Assembly (NCBI RefSeq): GCF_024521635.1
Contig: NW_026250430.1
Location: forward strand, 434,001-498,000
From: Tricharina praecox
Taxonomy: Eukaryota
Reading direction: 5' to 3'
Length of the DNA stretch: 64,000 nt
Part shown: one piece after another, positions 43,901 through 55,138 of the stretch
Layout: the number at the start of each line of letters is the position of its first letter
Numbering within the stretch: position 1 is the stretch's first letter
Notes under the pieces: model-generated
What the model was told of the DNA's origin: nothing
Seen by the model: only the letters and a program-made list of their open reading frames with translations
Databases searched by the model: none
Made by a program: the position numbers and the translations under genes

Positions 43901-45281
43901 TTGGCTTGTTAATTACTTAGGCGTGCTGGGGATGATTATTGACCTTCTTTCTTTTCTTTCGCACGCTGTAACGTGCATCTGGACGGTACCTATTTGATTT
44001 ACTTTCTAATAGAGCTTGTATTTTTGTTTCCAGTCGGCGGTATGTCCGTGTGACTACTAGTAGCTTCGCTGAGTGACTGTGAGCCCAACTCTATATATAG
44101 GCTATCCATACTTACCTACGATACCTACATAACGCGTATAAGGATCGCTGTTGGCGATCATACCTATGTCTAGCGGCGAAGATCCAGCTCGAGAACCACT
44201 ACATCCGAACCCGGAAGTCGCATATCTAATTATCCTTGGAAGCGCCGACTCCCGCCGGTTCAACTGCCGACCAGGCTGCGAGAATCAGAATCTACTAGTT
44301 CTTTGCTCGGCCTCACACAACCCAACCTGAGTGACATCACGTGTCGGAGTGTATGCAGACACATATACTCTCCTCCCTCCCTCCACAGGCCCAAACCGCA
44401 GCCCGCCGTGCCACAATAGCCCAAATATATGCACGACCGACTGCTGTGGCCTCGCCATACATGGTTGCACTGCAACATGCGGAGCTCGATGAACTAGGTA
44501 AGTACATACCTAATTGATCGTCTGATACCGGAGGTCCGGCATTAGCGATCACTCGTTCGCCTGCTGGCGGTCTGTTGAAAACACATAAGGATGGAGAAGC
44601 TACGTAGTGCTGGAGATGCAGAAGTATATAGGTAGCCGAGTACACACCCAGATATTGGGTAGTCCGGTGCGCATGATCTGTTCCGGTGCCCGACCGGTGC
44701 GCATGTTTTAACGAGGCCAACGAGAGCCATTGGCCTAACGTAGTACTACCCTCGTCTCGCTTTTCTTTTGAGTCTTGAGACTCTATCAATACAATACACT
44801 CGTTCATCACAATCCAATCCAACAGGACCGCTGGTAGTGATTTCGGGTGACAGTTCATGAGCCTGCTACTCTTGCACTTAGGACATACCGTACGCCAGAC
44901 CGAGCTCTCGTATATACTATACAGTTCCTCTAGGGCGTGTTGCTTCAATGCAAAGCGCCCTATCCATTTCAAAGATAAAACTAACGTGAATGACCACTCG
45001 AAGCGCACCGAGCAGCCCACCGAGCAGCGCTCAGCCATTGAATGACCGGCCAGTTTGCTGCTACACTTTCAAAGCTCAGTCATGCGTATGGCATTTGAAG
45101 CGTATGTTAGGTTCTATTGACCTCACCGCATCCAATAGATATAAACCTCACCAGCGGTGCCCCAAAGTTGCCTTCATCATCCTCACCAATCACAAACACA
45201 CCGAGTCTCAGCACCACACCTCGAACAAACGTCTTCCTCACACTTTTCCCAGACTTTTCCCACACATAAAATACGATCACG

Positions 45282-45488
45282 ATGGGCGGCGTATTATCCA
45301 AGCCGATAGCACCGAACATTTACAAGTGGAAGTGCGCATCCTGCGGGAACAAGAACAGCAAGAGTACGAAGACGTGCGAGAACACGGGGTGCGGAAAAGA
45401 CTGCGCCGACAAGCAGTTCGCTGCGCATGTGGCGGCTGCCAACCAGGCTCTCCTATTGTTGGGGATAGGTGCGTGGTTGGCTGGTTAG
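45282..45488 (+). CDS. Family B zinc-finger microprotein copy 10, 68 aa
   Basis: MGGVLSKPIAPNIYKWKCASCGNKNSKSTKTCENTGCGKDCADKQFAAHVAAANQALLLLGIGAWLAG. Confidence 0.85.
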   Translation: MGGVLSKPIAPNIYKWKCASCGNKNSKSTKTCENTGCGKDCADKQFAAHVAAANQALLLLGIGAWLAG

Positions 45489-46953
45489 GCGCAATAGGGG
45501 TGATCATTGAGTTTCTTAAAAATCTTTTCTTCCGCACGCTGGATGGTGCTTCTGGACAGTGTTGATTTCTGTTCTTTAATTGGGTCGGTGTTTTCTTGCC
45601 AGGCGGCGGTGTGTGCTTGTAACTACATACCTGTAGCTTCAAGGAGTGACCGTGAACCCGGTATCCAAGTACATAACACATAAAGATTGCCAGTGACGAT
45701 AATAGCCCCCTCCCTAGCGGCCCCGATCTAGCTGGAGCTTTACCACATCTGAACATGAAGCTCGCACGCCTATGCTTAGAAGCGCCGACTCAGGGCCAGC
45801 GTACCCACCAGCGATCTGCCGCCCGTTTTGGCGTCGACCAGGCTGCAAAACCCAGGATTCACTGGCTCTTCGCCCGACCCTCAGACACACCCGACTGAGT
45901 GACATCACGTGCGGGAGTGTAAGCAGGCAGGTAGGCGGAAAGTTTTACCCCCCGCCCCCCATACAGGCCCGGACTACGACCTGCAACCGCCAAAGCCACC
46001 GCACCCATGGGGCTGAGTGGTGTGGTCTCGCTATGGTAGCACTGTAACATGCGGAGCTCGACGAACCACCTACCTAGGTCGGGAACTGATAGCCTGATAC
46101 CGAAGGTGCGGCTTTTGCGATCACTCGGCTGTAGCCTGCGTTCGAGGCGGTTGAGGGATGGAGGAGAAGCGGCAGTAGGCGAGTAGATACGGAAGTATCG
46201 GTAGGCTGGTGTGAATTGCTACTCCTATAAATGCTTTAGACCTCTAGTGCCTGATTGGACTACAACCCGTAACTATCCATGACGTTATTGGTGAGGTGAG
46301 GTGAGGTGAGGCGGCAGCAGCTGCCAAGGCTAATAGCTACACGGCTCCTGGTTTGTCACTTACTGGTCCAGATACCGACTCACACCGCACTCATAGGTAT
46401 GAGAGAGAGAGATCTTTCTGTTTTATTTCGCATGCAGCCTATATAGACTATGGCGAAGGACTCATAGGTATGTAAGCTCCTTCGCACATCCGCTTTTGAA
46501 TATGGGGCTCCTGCTGCCACCGAAACCGAAGCCAAAACTTAGAATGACGTACTAGGTACGAACCGTCTCTTGGAAGGTCGAGCAAGCATCCGCCTCCTCC
46601 CACTCGCATTGAAGCCCAATCGCTTCTTCAATACTTCCAGGCGACATTCGTCCACTCGCCCACTGGCAGCAATTGAAACGCATACCCTGCTTGCGGACGG
46701 CACTCGGTTTTCGACAGACTCGGATTGCATGTAGACACTACATATGAACACAGCCAACACACGAACACAAAAACGCTGCCTGAAGAACTTCGACTGGCAG
46801 TCAAGCCTCAGATATCTTGATTCTTGAAATAGAGCAGAGAAACGTCTTGCCCTTCCCATCCCATCCGTTTCCTTCCCTTCCCATCCATTCCCATCCCATC
46901 CCTTCCCACTCTCCCGTCCCTCACCCCCGTCCCTCACCCCGCCCCCCACGCAC

Positions 46954-47613
46954 TCAAATAACACCCCACCACCTCCCCACGCCCACCGCCACGGCGCCAA
47001 CCACAGCCGTCCCAACCCCCCATCCCAGCATCCCCCACTCCTCCGCCCAAAATGCCGGCGCCATGCACACAGCCTCGACATTCCTCCCCTCGGGATCCAA
47101 CACGAACGCGCCGTAGTAGGTCTTGAAGTACTCCGGCCGCACGCCGGGGGGGCCGTTACATTTACCGCCTGCTTTGCTGTGCGTTTGTCAGCAACAAAAT
47201 AAGTGAAGTGAGGGGGGGTGGGGGGTCGGGGAAGGGGAAGGGGAAGGGGAAGGGGAAGGGGAAGGGGGGGTAGGGCGGGCGAACATCGCAGCAGCGTGAA
47301 ACTCGCGTACCACCCGCCGGCTGCTGGCGGTGAAGGCGATGTGCATGCGTCCTGTCGGTTCGCGCGGGCTCTTGTCCTCCGTCTGCGCCTGTGGCGTGTG
47401 CGAGTGCCATGCCTCGCTCCCGTCGACCGATGGCGCGGCGGGCCCGGCAAGCCAGAAGTCGGGGCCGCTGCAGGCCGACGCACCGAAGCCGTGGACTTGG
47501 CCGTCTGCGAGAGTGAAGGTGCGCTTGTAACCGAGTGGTAAGAGGGCGGAGGTGTAGAATGCACTGGTGGCAGGGAGGGAGGCGACGGTGAGGGAGATGT
47601 GGTTTATCGGCAT
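46954..47613 (-). CDS. Glyoxalase/bleomycin-resistance (VOC) family protein with C-terminal hydrophobic tail (intron 47177-47284)
   Basis: MPINHISLTV..FY..AL.PLGY, PDFWL, MHIAF, AGGKCNGPPGVRPEY..YYGAFVLDPEGRNVEAVC; GT...GCTGAC...CAG intron containing (GGGGAA)n on plus. Confidence 0.9.
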
Positions 47614-49403
47614 TGTGGTGGTGGCGGATGTGGTGGTGGATGTGGATGGAAAGGAGGAGCGGCGGAGCAGGATATATACCAGCACCCGCCGTCAGCTCTA
47701 GCAAATTTCGGTTCGATCGTGAGTCAACAGTCGAATGCCGGACGCAGGTGTAACGTGTTTATCTGTGTTCTCGTATTCCGCCTGCATGCAAAGTGCACAA
47801 TGCACATGCGAGCTGTGGGGTCAGCATCTGGCGAGCGAGTGATTACTATGCAAACACAGCGAGGTATTGGGTATGTAAGACGCCTGGGAAACTGCACGCG
47901 TGCTCCGGAACCAACGGAGAGTCGGAGAGTCGGAGACAGTGCTGCTGTGCTGCTGTGCTTTACTTTCGAAGCTTCAGAGGCAAAAGCCCGGTGCGGAGAC
48001 CATGGCTACTGCTAACTGGCCATGATTCCGTGAATGCTCAACAGCGTCCTATCGTATTGGTTATCGCTCGCAGTCCGCACATCACCCACCTACCTCCGTC
48101 CGGCGTCCGTCTCATCACCCTTTCCCCGCTCTTGCAAAGCTGCAAGGCTGCCAGTGCAAGACATAGCTCTGACTCTTCCGATGCGCGGATGGCCGCCAAG
48201 CAGTTTTTCTTTCCTTTTTCCCCATGGTTTCGCAAATCAACGCGGAACGCGACACACAACGCGGTCAAATACGACCCCGAAACCCGCACGTCTTCCCGCA
48301 CTGGCTCTGGGTCCATGGATATCTGGCTTCTTCAACGTCTTCAACGTCTTCGACGGCTTGGTATGAAAGGTCTGGGTCAAATGGTTGTAATCAGCTTCGG
48401 CACAAGGCTACTATGCTTGCTCATTACAGAGCACCGAGACTCGAGAGACGTCGGCTGCAAGGGCGAGTACTTGGAGTATTGGTCGCGCTGGACTGGCAGT
48501 AATCGCCGGAGGCGGGTGTGATCGACGCGTAGGTGACAGCTCGATGCCGATGTTGGACAGACAACGTAAGGGCCCCCACTTGAGGCTTTCACCCTTCGTT
48601 CTTTGACGAATCACATGTGCTCCACAGCCTACGGTGCGGTACTCGATTGCCCCCGCCCCGCCCTCGTTCGATGGAGAGTCGAGACGGTTTTCCCCCCCAC
48701 CGCTCAGGAGTCACTACGGAATCAAGTCGATGTGCGCTGTCGCCGTCGAGGATGAATACCTACGGACCGAGCACCAAAGTTGCATCTCTACACATCTGGC
48801 TCATTATCACATTCAAATCCAGCTCTCGCGTTCCAGCACGGAGATTCAAGCTCAGAGTCCACCGAGGTCCGACCCGGCAGGTCCCAGAGTCTATACATCC
48901 TACCGTCAACCAACTCTGCACGCGAAACCATGTCCAGCGCGTAAAATCCCGGGAAGACGCGACACCCCCGCACCCTCACCTTATCTAATCAAGATCGCCG
49001 TCATAACCCCGCAGTGACATCACCCCTCTTATCATCCATCCCCAAAACCCATATGGGCACAAACATTCTCAAGATCGAAGTATATACCTCACAGTTCATT
49101 CGCACACTAAAAACACACACGTTCGCCTGTCTAGGAGGGTGATATAAAAAACAAAAAATAAAGGAAAGGGTAAAGTTGATATCCCAATGCACGAAAACAA
49201 CCAGAAGAAAAATCCCCCATACCCGCCAGTCAAAACATCCCCATGGTCCAACTACGACCGTCTCCGCCGGTCCAACATGCGCGCGCAGAAAAACCTCGTT
49301 CACACGGACTTTACTAGCAAAAGAAAAAATATATAGGTGAAGAGAAGAATAACGGCTCCGTTATTTATTTATTTTGACCGAACGGTAAATGCCCACCGAC
49401 AAT

Positions 49404-51277
49404 CTAATGCTCCAACAATCTGTAGCCAAGTTAGCGGAGTGCTTAATGAATAGTAGATGGAAACAGGGAAGGGAACAAACCTCAAAGATCCCTGGACCAC
49501 CACGTTTTCGAGGATGGATCCAGGAGGGATATCGATTGTGCTGCCCTCGTTGGCGACGATGATAACGGTACCCTTGAGTGTGACACCGCGGCCGATGTTC
49601 ACTGCTCCGGTCACCGTCAAGTGATCGAGTTCGATGATCCTGGGGATGCTCGACACCCGCTTCTGGAAGTCCGACACCTTCTTAAAGTGCGATCCCAGCT
49701 TGATCAACGGCGCCGGACCGAAGCGGCCCGAGTCCATCATCAGCTGACCGTGCTTCATCGAGTAGAGGTCAGACTTGACGAGCATCAGGTCCGAGCAGGT
49801 CTTGACGGGCAAGAACCGTCTGCGGGGAACGTTGACACCGTGTGCGTTCTTGAAGTGGCGGATGGCGGCACCGACGGCCGTCTCGAGCTGGATGACCGAG
49901 AGATCCGACTCGCCGGACTTGTCGGCGGGGATCGACTTGGAGTTGGGAATAATCTCGAGCTCCAACTCGTGGTTCTCGACGACACGCTTGATGGCGGACA
50001 GGTTGAGCCAGATGTTGTTGGTGTTGAAGTAACGGAACTTCTTGATCGACTTGAAGTCCTGGACGTGCTCCTTAGGTACCTGCGCGATTTCAAGCAGGCG
50101 GACGGTGCCCTCGTAGTCGATGATGGTACCACCCTTGACATCGGCCTTGGTCTTGTCGGTCAACTCCATGATGTACTCGGCCTTGCTCTCGATCATGTGA
50201 TCCAGGATGCTCAGATCGACAACGGCACCCAAGTTGTCAACGTTGGACAGGAAGAGGTACTCGATACCGCGACCAAGCAGCTCGTCCAGGATACCCGAAT
50301 TCTCGAGGGACTCGAACACGTCACCGTGACCGGGAGGGTACCAGTCGCCGATAGGAGACCCGCTGTCCTTGGGGACGGGCAGGAGGGAGTCCTTGGCGAC
50401 GCGGGGGTAGCGGGACTGGTTGAAGGTGATGATATCAACGTTGTGGCCCTCGTACTTCTTGATGATGTTCTGGGTGTCATCATTGGTGTTGAACGAGTTC
50501 ATCAGGACGAATGGCACGTTGACGCCGTAGATGCGGTTCAGGTACTCAATCTGACGCACGGACAGATCCAGGAAGGACATGCCCTCGCGCACCTCGATCA
50601 CCGACTTGGGACCGACACAACCCATCGAGGTTCCGAGACCACCGTTGAGCTTGAGCACTGCAAGCTTGGAGAGGAGCTCGGTGTTCTCCCTTTTGGGGAG
50701 GGTGTCGTAAGCGACGACCTGCGATGGCTGAGGAGGCTGAATACGCTCCCAGTCACTAGAAAGACACATCGTCAGCACTCAAACTCTCGCATCGTTGACC
50801 TATCGAATGGAGCTACTCACAGGGTGGTACCCTTCGCCTTGTCCTGGAGATATCGTCGGAACAGGGCGAAAAAGTTGTCCATCTCGGTCTCGAACTTCTG
50901 TAGAACCACAAAGCAACCGAATCAGCATCAATCCATACGAACAGTCGGCACGCCATCATAGAGCCGTACCTTCTTGGCCGCCGGGTCCTCGACGGTGTCG
51001 GCGAGCTTGTTCAACGCATTGCGCATCTGACTCGCGGCAACGGATGTAGAGGTGTTGTCGAAAGCCTAGTATCGCCGCGAACCATCAAAGTTAGCCATGT
51101 CATCGTTGCCGAGATAGAACCAACCATCCCTCTCGGCTGCAACAGGTGAGTTTTGGGGAGGGGACTACTCACGAACGACGAATGGGACTTGGCGTGCCGC
51201 CGTCCAGTGCTGGGAACATCGAGTCCTCCCATCGTAACAGCTTCTTTACCGAGAGCAAGTTCTTTGATAGATGTCAT
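49404..51277 (-). CDS. UGP1: UTP-glucose-1-phosphate uridylyltransferase (exons 51277-51173, 51065-50970, 50897-50821, 50755-49481, 49419-49404)
   Basis: [52 protein letters not shown] and C-terminal LLEH; canonical introns. The start could be ATG 51232. Confidence 0.97.
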
Positions 51278-54200
51278 AGAGTGAGGTTCTAAGAGGTACC
51301 GGGATACAAAGGTTAGAAATCGAGAAGGAAAACCAACTCGGGGGTTATCGCGGATGAGGGAAATGGTGGATGGATGGAGGGAAGAGCGAGGGAAGAGTTG
51401 ATGGGGGGCCGAGGGGGGCAGGCAAGGTATAAGAAGCTCAGGATTTTGCGGAGGGGGAAGCGGGGGCCTTTTGAGGGGAAGGAAGTTCGTGATACTGGAA
51501 TGGAGAATTGCTCACCGAAACAGGGAAAAGTTGTGCCAACGGGGGAGCACAACTGGGATGGGCCAGGTAGGTAGGGATACTATCTGGCTGATTGCTTTGC
51601 TTGCTCTGTGAGGGTGTGTTAGTTGTGCGTCTGTGTGTATAGTGGAGTGGTATATGCGGCGGGAGTTCAAAGAGGGGTTGTGGATATTGTTTGGTGATTG
51701 TTTTGCGCGCGGAGGGTGTGCGGGCACAGTGCAGCGCAGCCTTCCAATCTTCGGGACGAGGGCCCGGGAGAAGCAGGAGAAGCAGCAGTAACGGGAGAGG
51801 AAGTGAGCAGCTTACCAGTGAGCAGTGTTGATGAGGAGAAGGGGTGAGAGGAGATGCAGGTGTAGATTGAGTGAATTGAGTGAATTGATTGATTGAAGCT
51901 GATGGAGCTGATGGAGCTGATGGAGCTGATGGAGATGATGGAAAGAGGAGGAGGAGGAAGAGGAGGAAGCGGAGGAGAAATAGATGGGGGGGTAGGGGAG
52001 TAAGAAGAATGTCTGTCGTAGTGTAGGACGAGCTGTCAAGTTGTCAGGTCAACTTCGCCAGCACCCTTGTCCTTCGTTGGGCCTCAATCGCTCGTTGCTC
52101 GGCGGCTTGTGTCTCGCTCCCTTTGAGCCAACGATGCTCCCAACTGTCCAGCCAGCACGCGTTAGCGGACCAACTGCTGCTCGTCGGGCCATTCCGCGTT
52201 AGCCCCTCCTATTCCGTGTCATGACTTCCCCGCCACGTCTGCCCCTCCTCCTCGTCCTCGTCCTCCTCCTTTTGCTCCCAGGCTGTAGATTCTCTACTCT
52301 CCGCTTCTCTCCACTCCTCTACTTGGCTCTACTCTATTCTGCTTCACTCCGCTCTACATCTCCAGCACTTGCTGTGCTCATGACGAACGCAAAACCGGGA
52401 ATCAGCGCGGACGGATTGACAGGCGCTTTTCCTCAAAGGTCAACTGCTGTCTGCGCTTAGACCACCATTTCAGGATCCCAACCCAAGCCGCACAGATCCA
52501 CCCCTCCTTTTGCCCCACCAACAAACCGTTGTCGCCATATCCAATCACAACCCACAATCCCCGTGCACTCCCCCTGCCCCCGCCGTCTGCATGACGAAAT
52601 CCGACCACCGCCCACCACCGACCACCGCCCACCACCCACCACCACCACTCACTCCTTCATTATTTCTTTTCTGCGCCCCGTTTGGTGGGGATCTGCGTGC
52701 TTTTTTTCTTTTTTTCTTTCTCGTTTCTTTGACGATCACTACACACCGTCGCTGTCTTCACCGCGCTGTTCACCGCAATTCTCGCGAGTCGAAAAGAGCT
52801 GCAGAAAAGAACTCACTTCATCGCCACTCGGGAGACGCTATCGAATCCAATTCCGCGTGCACTGCACGTTTAGATTGCCGGTATCTACTAGCACAGCTAG
52901 CACTTAGCAAAACTCACCTACGTAAGTCCCAGCCTTTCCAAGCCGACAGAGCTCATTCGACGATTCGGCCCGTGCGACCACGGACGGGAAGGTGCATAGC
53001 TCTTCCACCCTACTCCACCACTTTGCTCTACTCTATTCTGCTCTACTCTACTCTACTTACATGCTCTAGCTGCCATATCGCAGTTCCATGCGTCGACAGC
53101 GACAACTCACCTCACTTACAGCCCAGAGTACTCTACTCTGCCCACTCTATGTGCCCATCATACATGGCGTGAGTCGGGCAACTACGTGCTTTCAGGAGGT
53201 ACATACCGGAGGTACCTTCATAGCTCTTTAGGTACTCTACATATGCCTCAGATCACGATAACCCCGACGCGGCTTCGGCCCAGACGCGGAGCTCCTTCAC
53301 AGTGGCAATGTGACAAGGACTGCCCAGCAAACCAAGCTTCCCGCTTCAAGGGACCCCCCCGCCGCCGCCCGGGCCCCACTACACCAGCTCGTCGCCCCCC
53401 GCGACCAGAATAGCGCTGATGATATGCAAATGCTCCGCGAATGATTACTAGAGTAGTAAGTAGAGTGCATTCCTTCTATGCAATTCCTCAATCTCGTACG
53501 AAGCGACGGTCAGTGCCCCTTCACGATCGATGCAGAGATTTCAACATCTCATCCCCTTTCCGACCCGACGTGGCGACCAACTGGAGTGAAGGAAAAACAC
53601 AATTGAAAAAGTCGAAGGCTTTTCTTCGATGGAATGTTGATGGTAAGCTTGATGTAGGTCTCACAGCTTTCTTTCGCCTTCGGTTGCGATAACCCCGCAG
53701 CTCGCAGCCCACCTGCAGTAAACTTGCTGCACGGCTATCTCTGATCTTCTTCCAACCGCCGTCGCCTCCGCAAAACAAACACCGGAGATCCACAAAAACG
53801 AAAAGGAAACCTACCGAGAAAGAGAAAAAAGCACCTCATATCCGCATCTTTTCGTTTGTCTCCTCGCCACAATCGCGTACCAACGCAGAATGCTTTTCTC
53901 GTCTGTCGGCAAAGCGTGCGCGAGGATGGAAGCCTAGCTGCCGAGCGCCGGCGCCGCTATCTACACTCTATTCAGATGATGCGACACACCGGTACTCTAC
54001 CATTTAGAGTATGGTACTCTGTTCCCCAGAAACACTTCCACTCGAGTACACATGGAATGCCAGCCGTGGATGATTGGAGGGAGCTATCCGACGTGTTCTT
54101 GCGTATAGTATTTGCTCTCTAGATGCTTTCCGTCATCTCCCGAGCTTGCTAACTGTTTGCCAGGCTCAGTGTTTCCAACTTGCTGCCGGCGGCGGGGAAG

Positions 54201-54329
54201 ATGGGAGCGCATCCAAAACCCTTTGCTGCGTCGCGAGAACAGAAAAAGAAATCAAAAAAAAAGAAAAATCTTCCCGTTGCTTTCTAGAATAGTCCACCAC
54301 ACTCTAATTATTCTACAGGAGATTGTGTT

Positions 54330-54395
54330 GTGCTCTATTAGCGATGGCCGGTGGTGCTCTATTAGCGATGGCCGGTGGTGCTCTATTGGCGATGG
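54330..54395. repeat. 24-bp tandem repeat, about 2.7 copies
   Basis: Unit GTGCTCTATTAGCGATGGCCGGTG. Confidence 0.85.
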
Positions 54396-54752
54396 TTATG
54401 ACGGATAGGATAGGTATTTGCGGTGCGGCCGCAGCGTACCGGTCCTGCAGGAATGGAATTAATTGTTTTCGATTCCATTCCATCCCATCCGCCCAAGCCA
54501 ATGGATGTCGATAGAGCGCGGGACCGGTCCACTCCATTCAAGCGCGGCGCGCATGCGCATCGTTGCTTCCAAAGTGTGCGTGCGTATATGTACACCGTCC
54601 CCCGTCTGTTTCTCCATCTCTTCCCTCCTCCTCTCTTGCCTTGCTCGTTTGTCTCCCCCCCTCCCCTCCCTCCTCCCCCGTCGACCTGTGTGTGCTCCAG
54701 CGCGTCCTCCACACTTCTCCCATCCCAAGGTCCATTACGGTACGGTACACTC

Positions 54753-55138
54753 CTACCGCCCCAGCGACACCCCAAAGATCTGCCAGACCACGACCCCCGC
54801 CACAATCACAGCCAGGACGAACCCGCCCAGTACCGCTATCAAAATCTTGTGCCGTCGGCGCTTCGTCTGTTGCCGGCGGAGCCATTCGTTACTATTTCTT
54901 CCCGTAATGTTCGTCAGCACCGGTTGGGCAGGTCGGAGACTCAGAGGAGAGGGTGGGTGGATGGGAGACAGGGTGAGATGGGAGGGTAAGATGGGAGGGT
55001 GAGATGGGGAGATGGGGGCAGGGTGAGGGGAACTGACGATTCTAATGTTTCCTTTGCGCCGCCGGTCGGCGATAGGTCCTCCATGCGCACGGCGAGCGAG
55101 AAGCGGTGCCAGAAGGTTGGGTCGCGGACTGTCGCCAT
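54753..55138 (-). CDS. Small tail-anchored membrane protein, 79 aa (intron 54892-55037)
   Basis: MATVRDPTFWHRFSLAVRMEDLSPTGGAKETLES-NEWLRRQQTKRRRHKILIAVLGGFVLAVIVAGVVVWQIFGVSLGR; GTCAGT...GCTGAC...TAG intron joins two ORF frames; basic patch precedes the TM helix. Confidence 0.75.

Larger units (their letters stand above)
33560..46500 (+). repeat. Head-to-tail array of eight family B units (ATG-to-ATG spacing 924-1666 bp)
   Basis: Recurring blocks GGCCTCACCGCATCC-N4-GATATAAA, CACGCTGGAAGGTGCATCTGGACGGTA, GAGTGACATCACGTGCGGGAGTGTATGCAG and CTGATACCGGAGGTGCGGCATT around each mini-gene. Confidence 0.9.

Noticed and set aside
46389..46472. 13-bp direct repeat ACTCATAGGTATG flanking about 58 bp
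   Set aside because: Too short and without termini to call a mobile element; could be a repair-associated duplication.
33560..46500. CRISPR-like or Helitron interpretation of the family B repeats
   Set aside because: Units are kb-scale gene duplications, not short repeats with unique spacers; hairpin plus CTAG appears in only one copy, and no Rep/helicase or TIRs are seen.
47793..48521. 242-aa ORF and other long intergenic ORFs (25168-25632, 29618-30226, 52510-53172, 55798-56409)
   Set aside because: No recognisable motifs or codon bias, mostly non-ATG starts; not supportable without a search.
49621..50961. 446-aa plus-strand ORF (likewise 57826-58623 and 32042-32806)
   Set aside because: Antisense shadows of codon-biased genes (UGP1, STI1, MFS).
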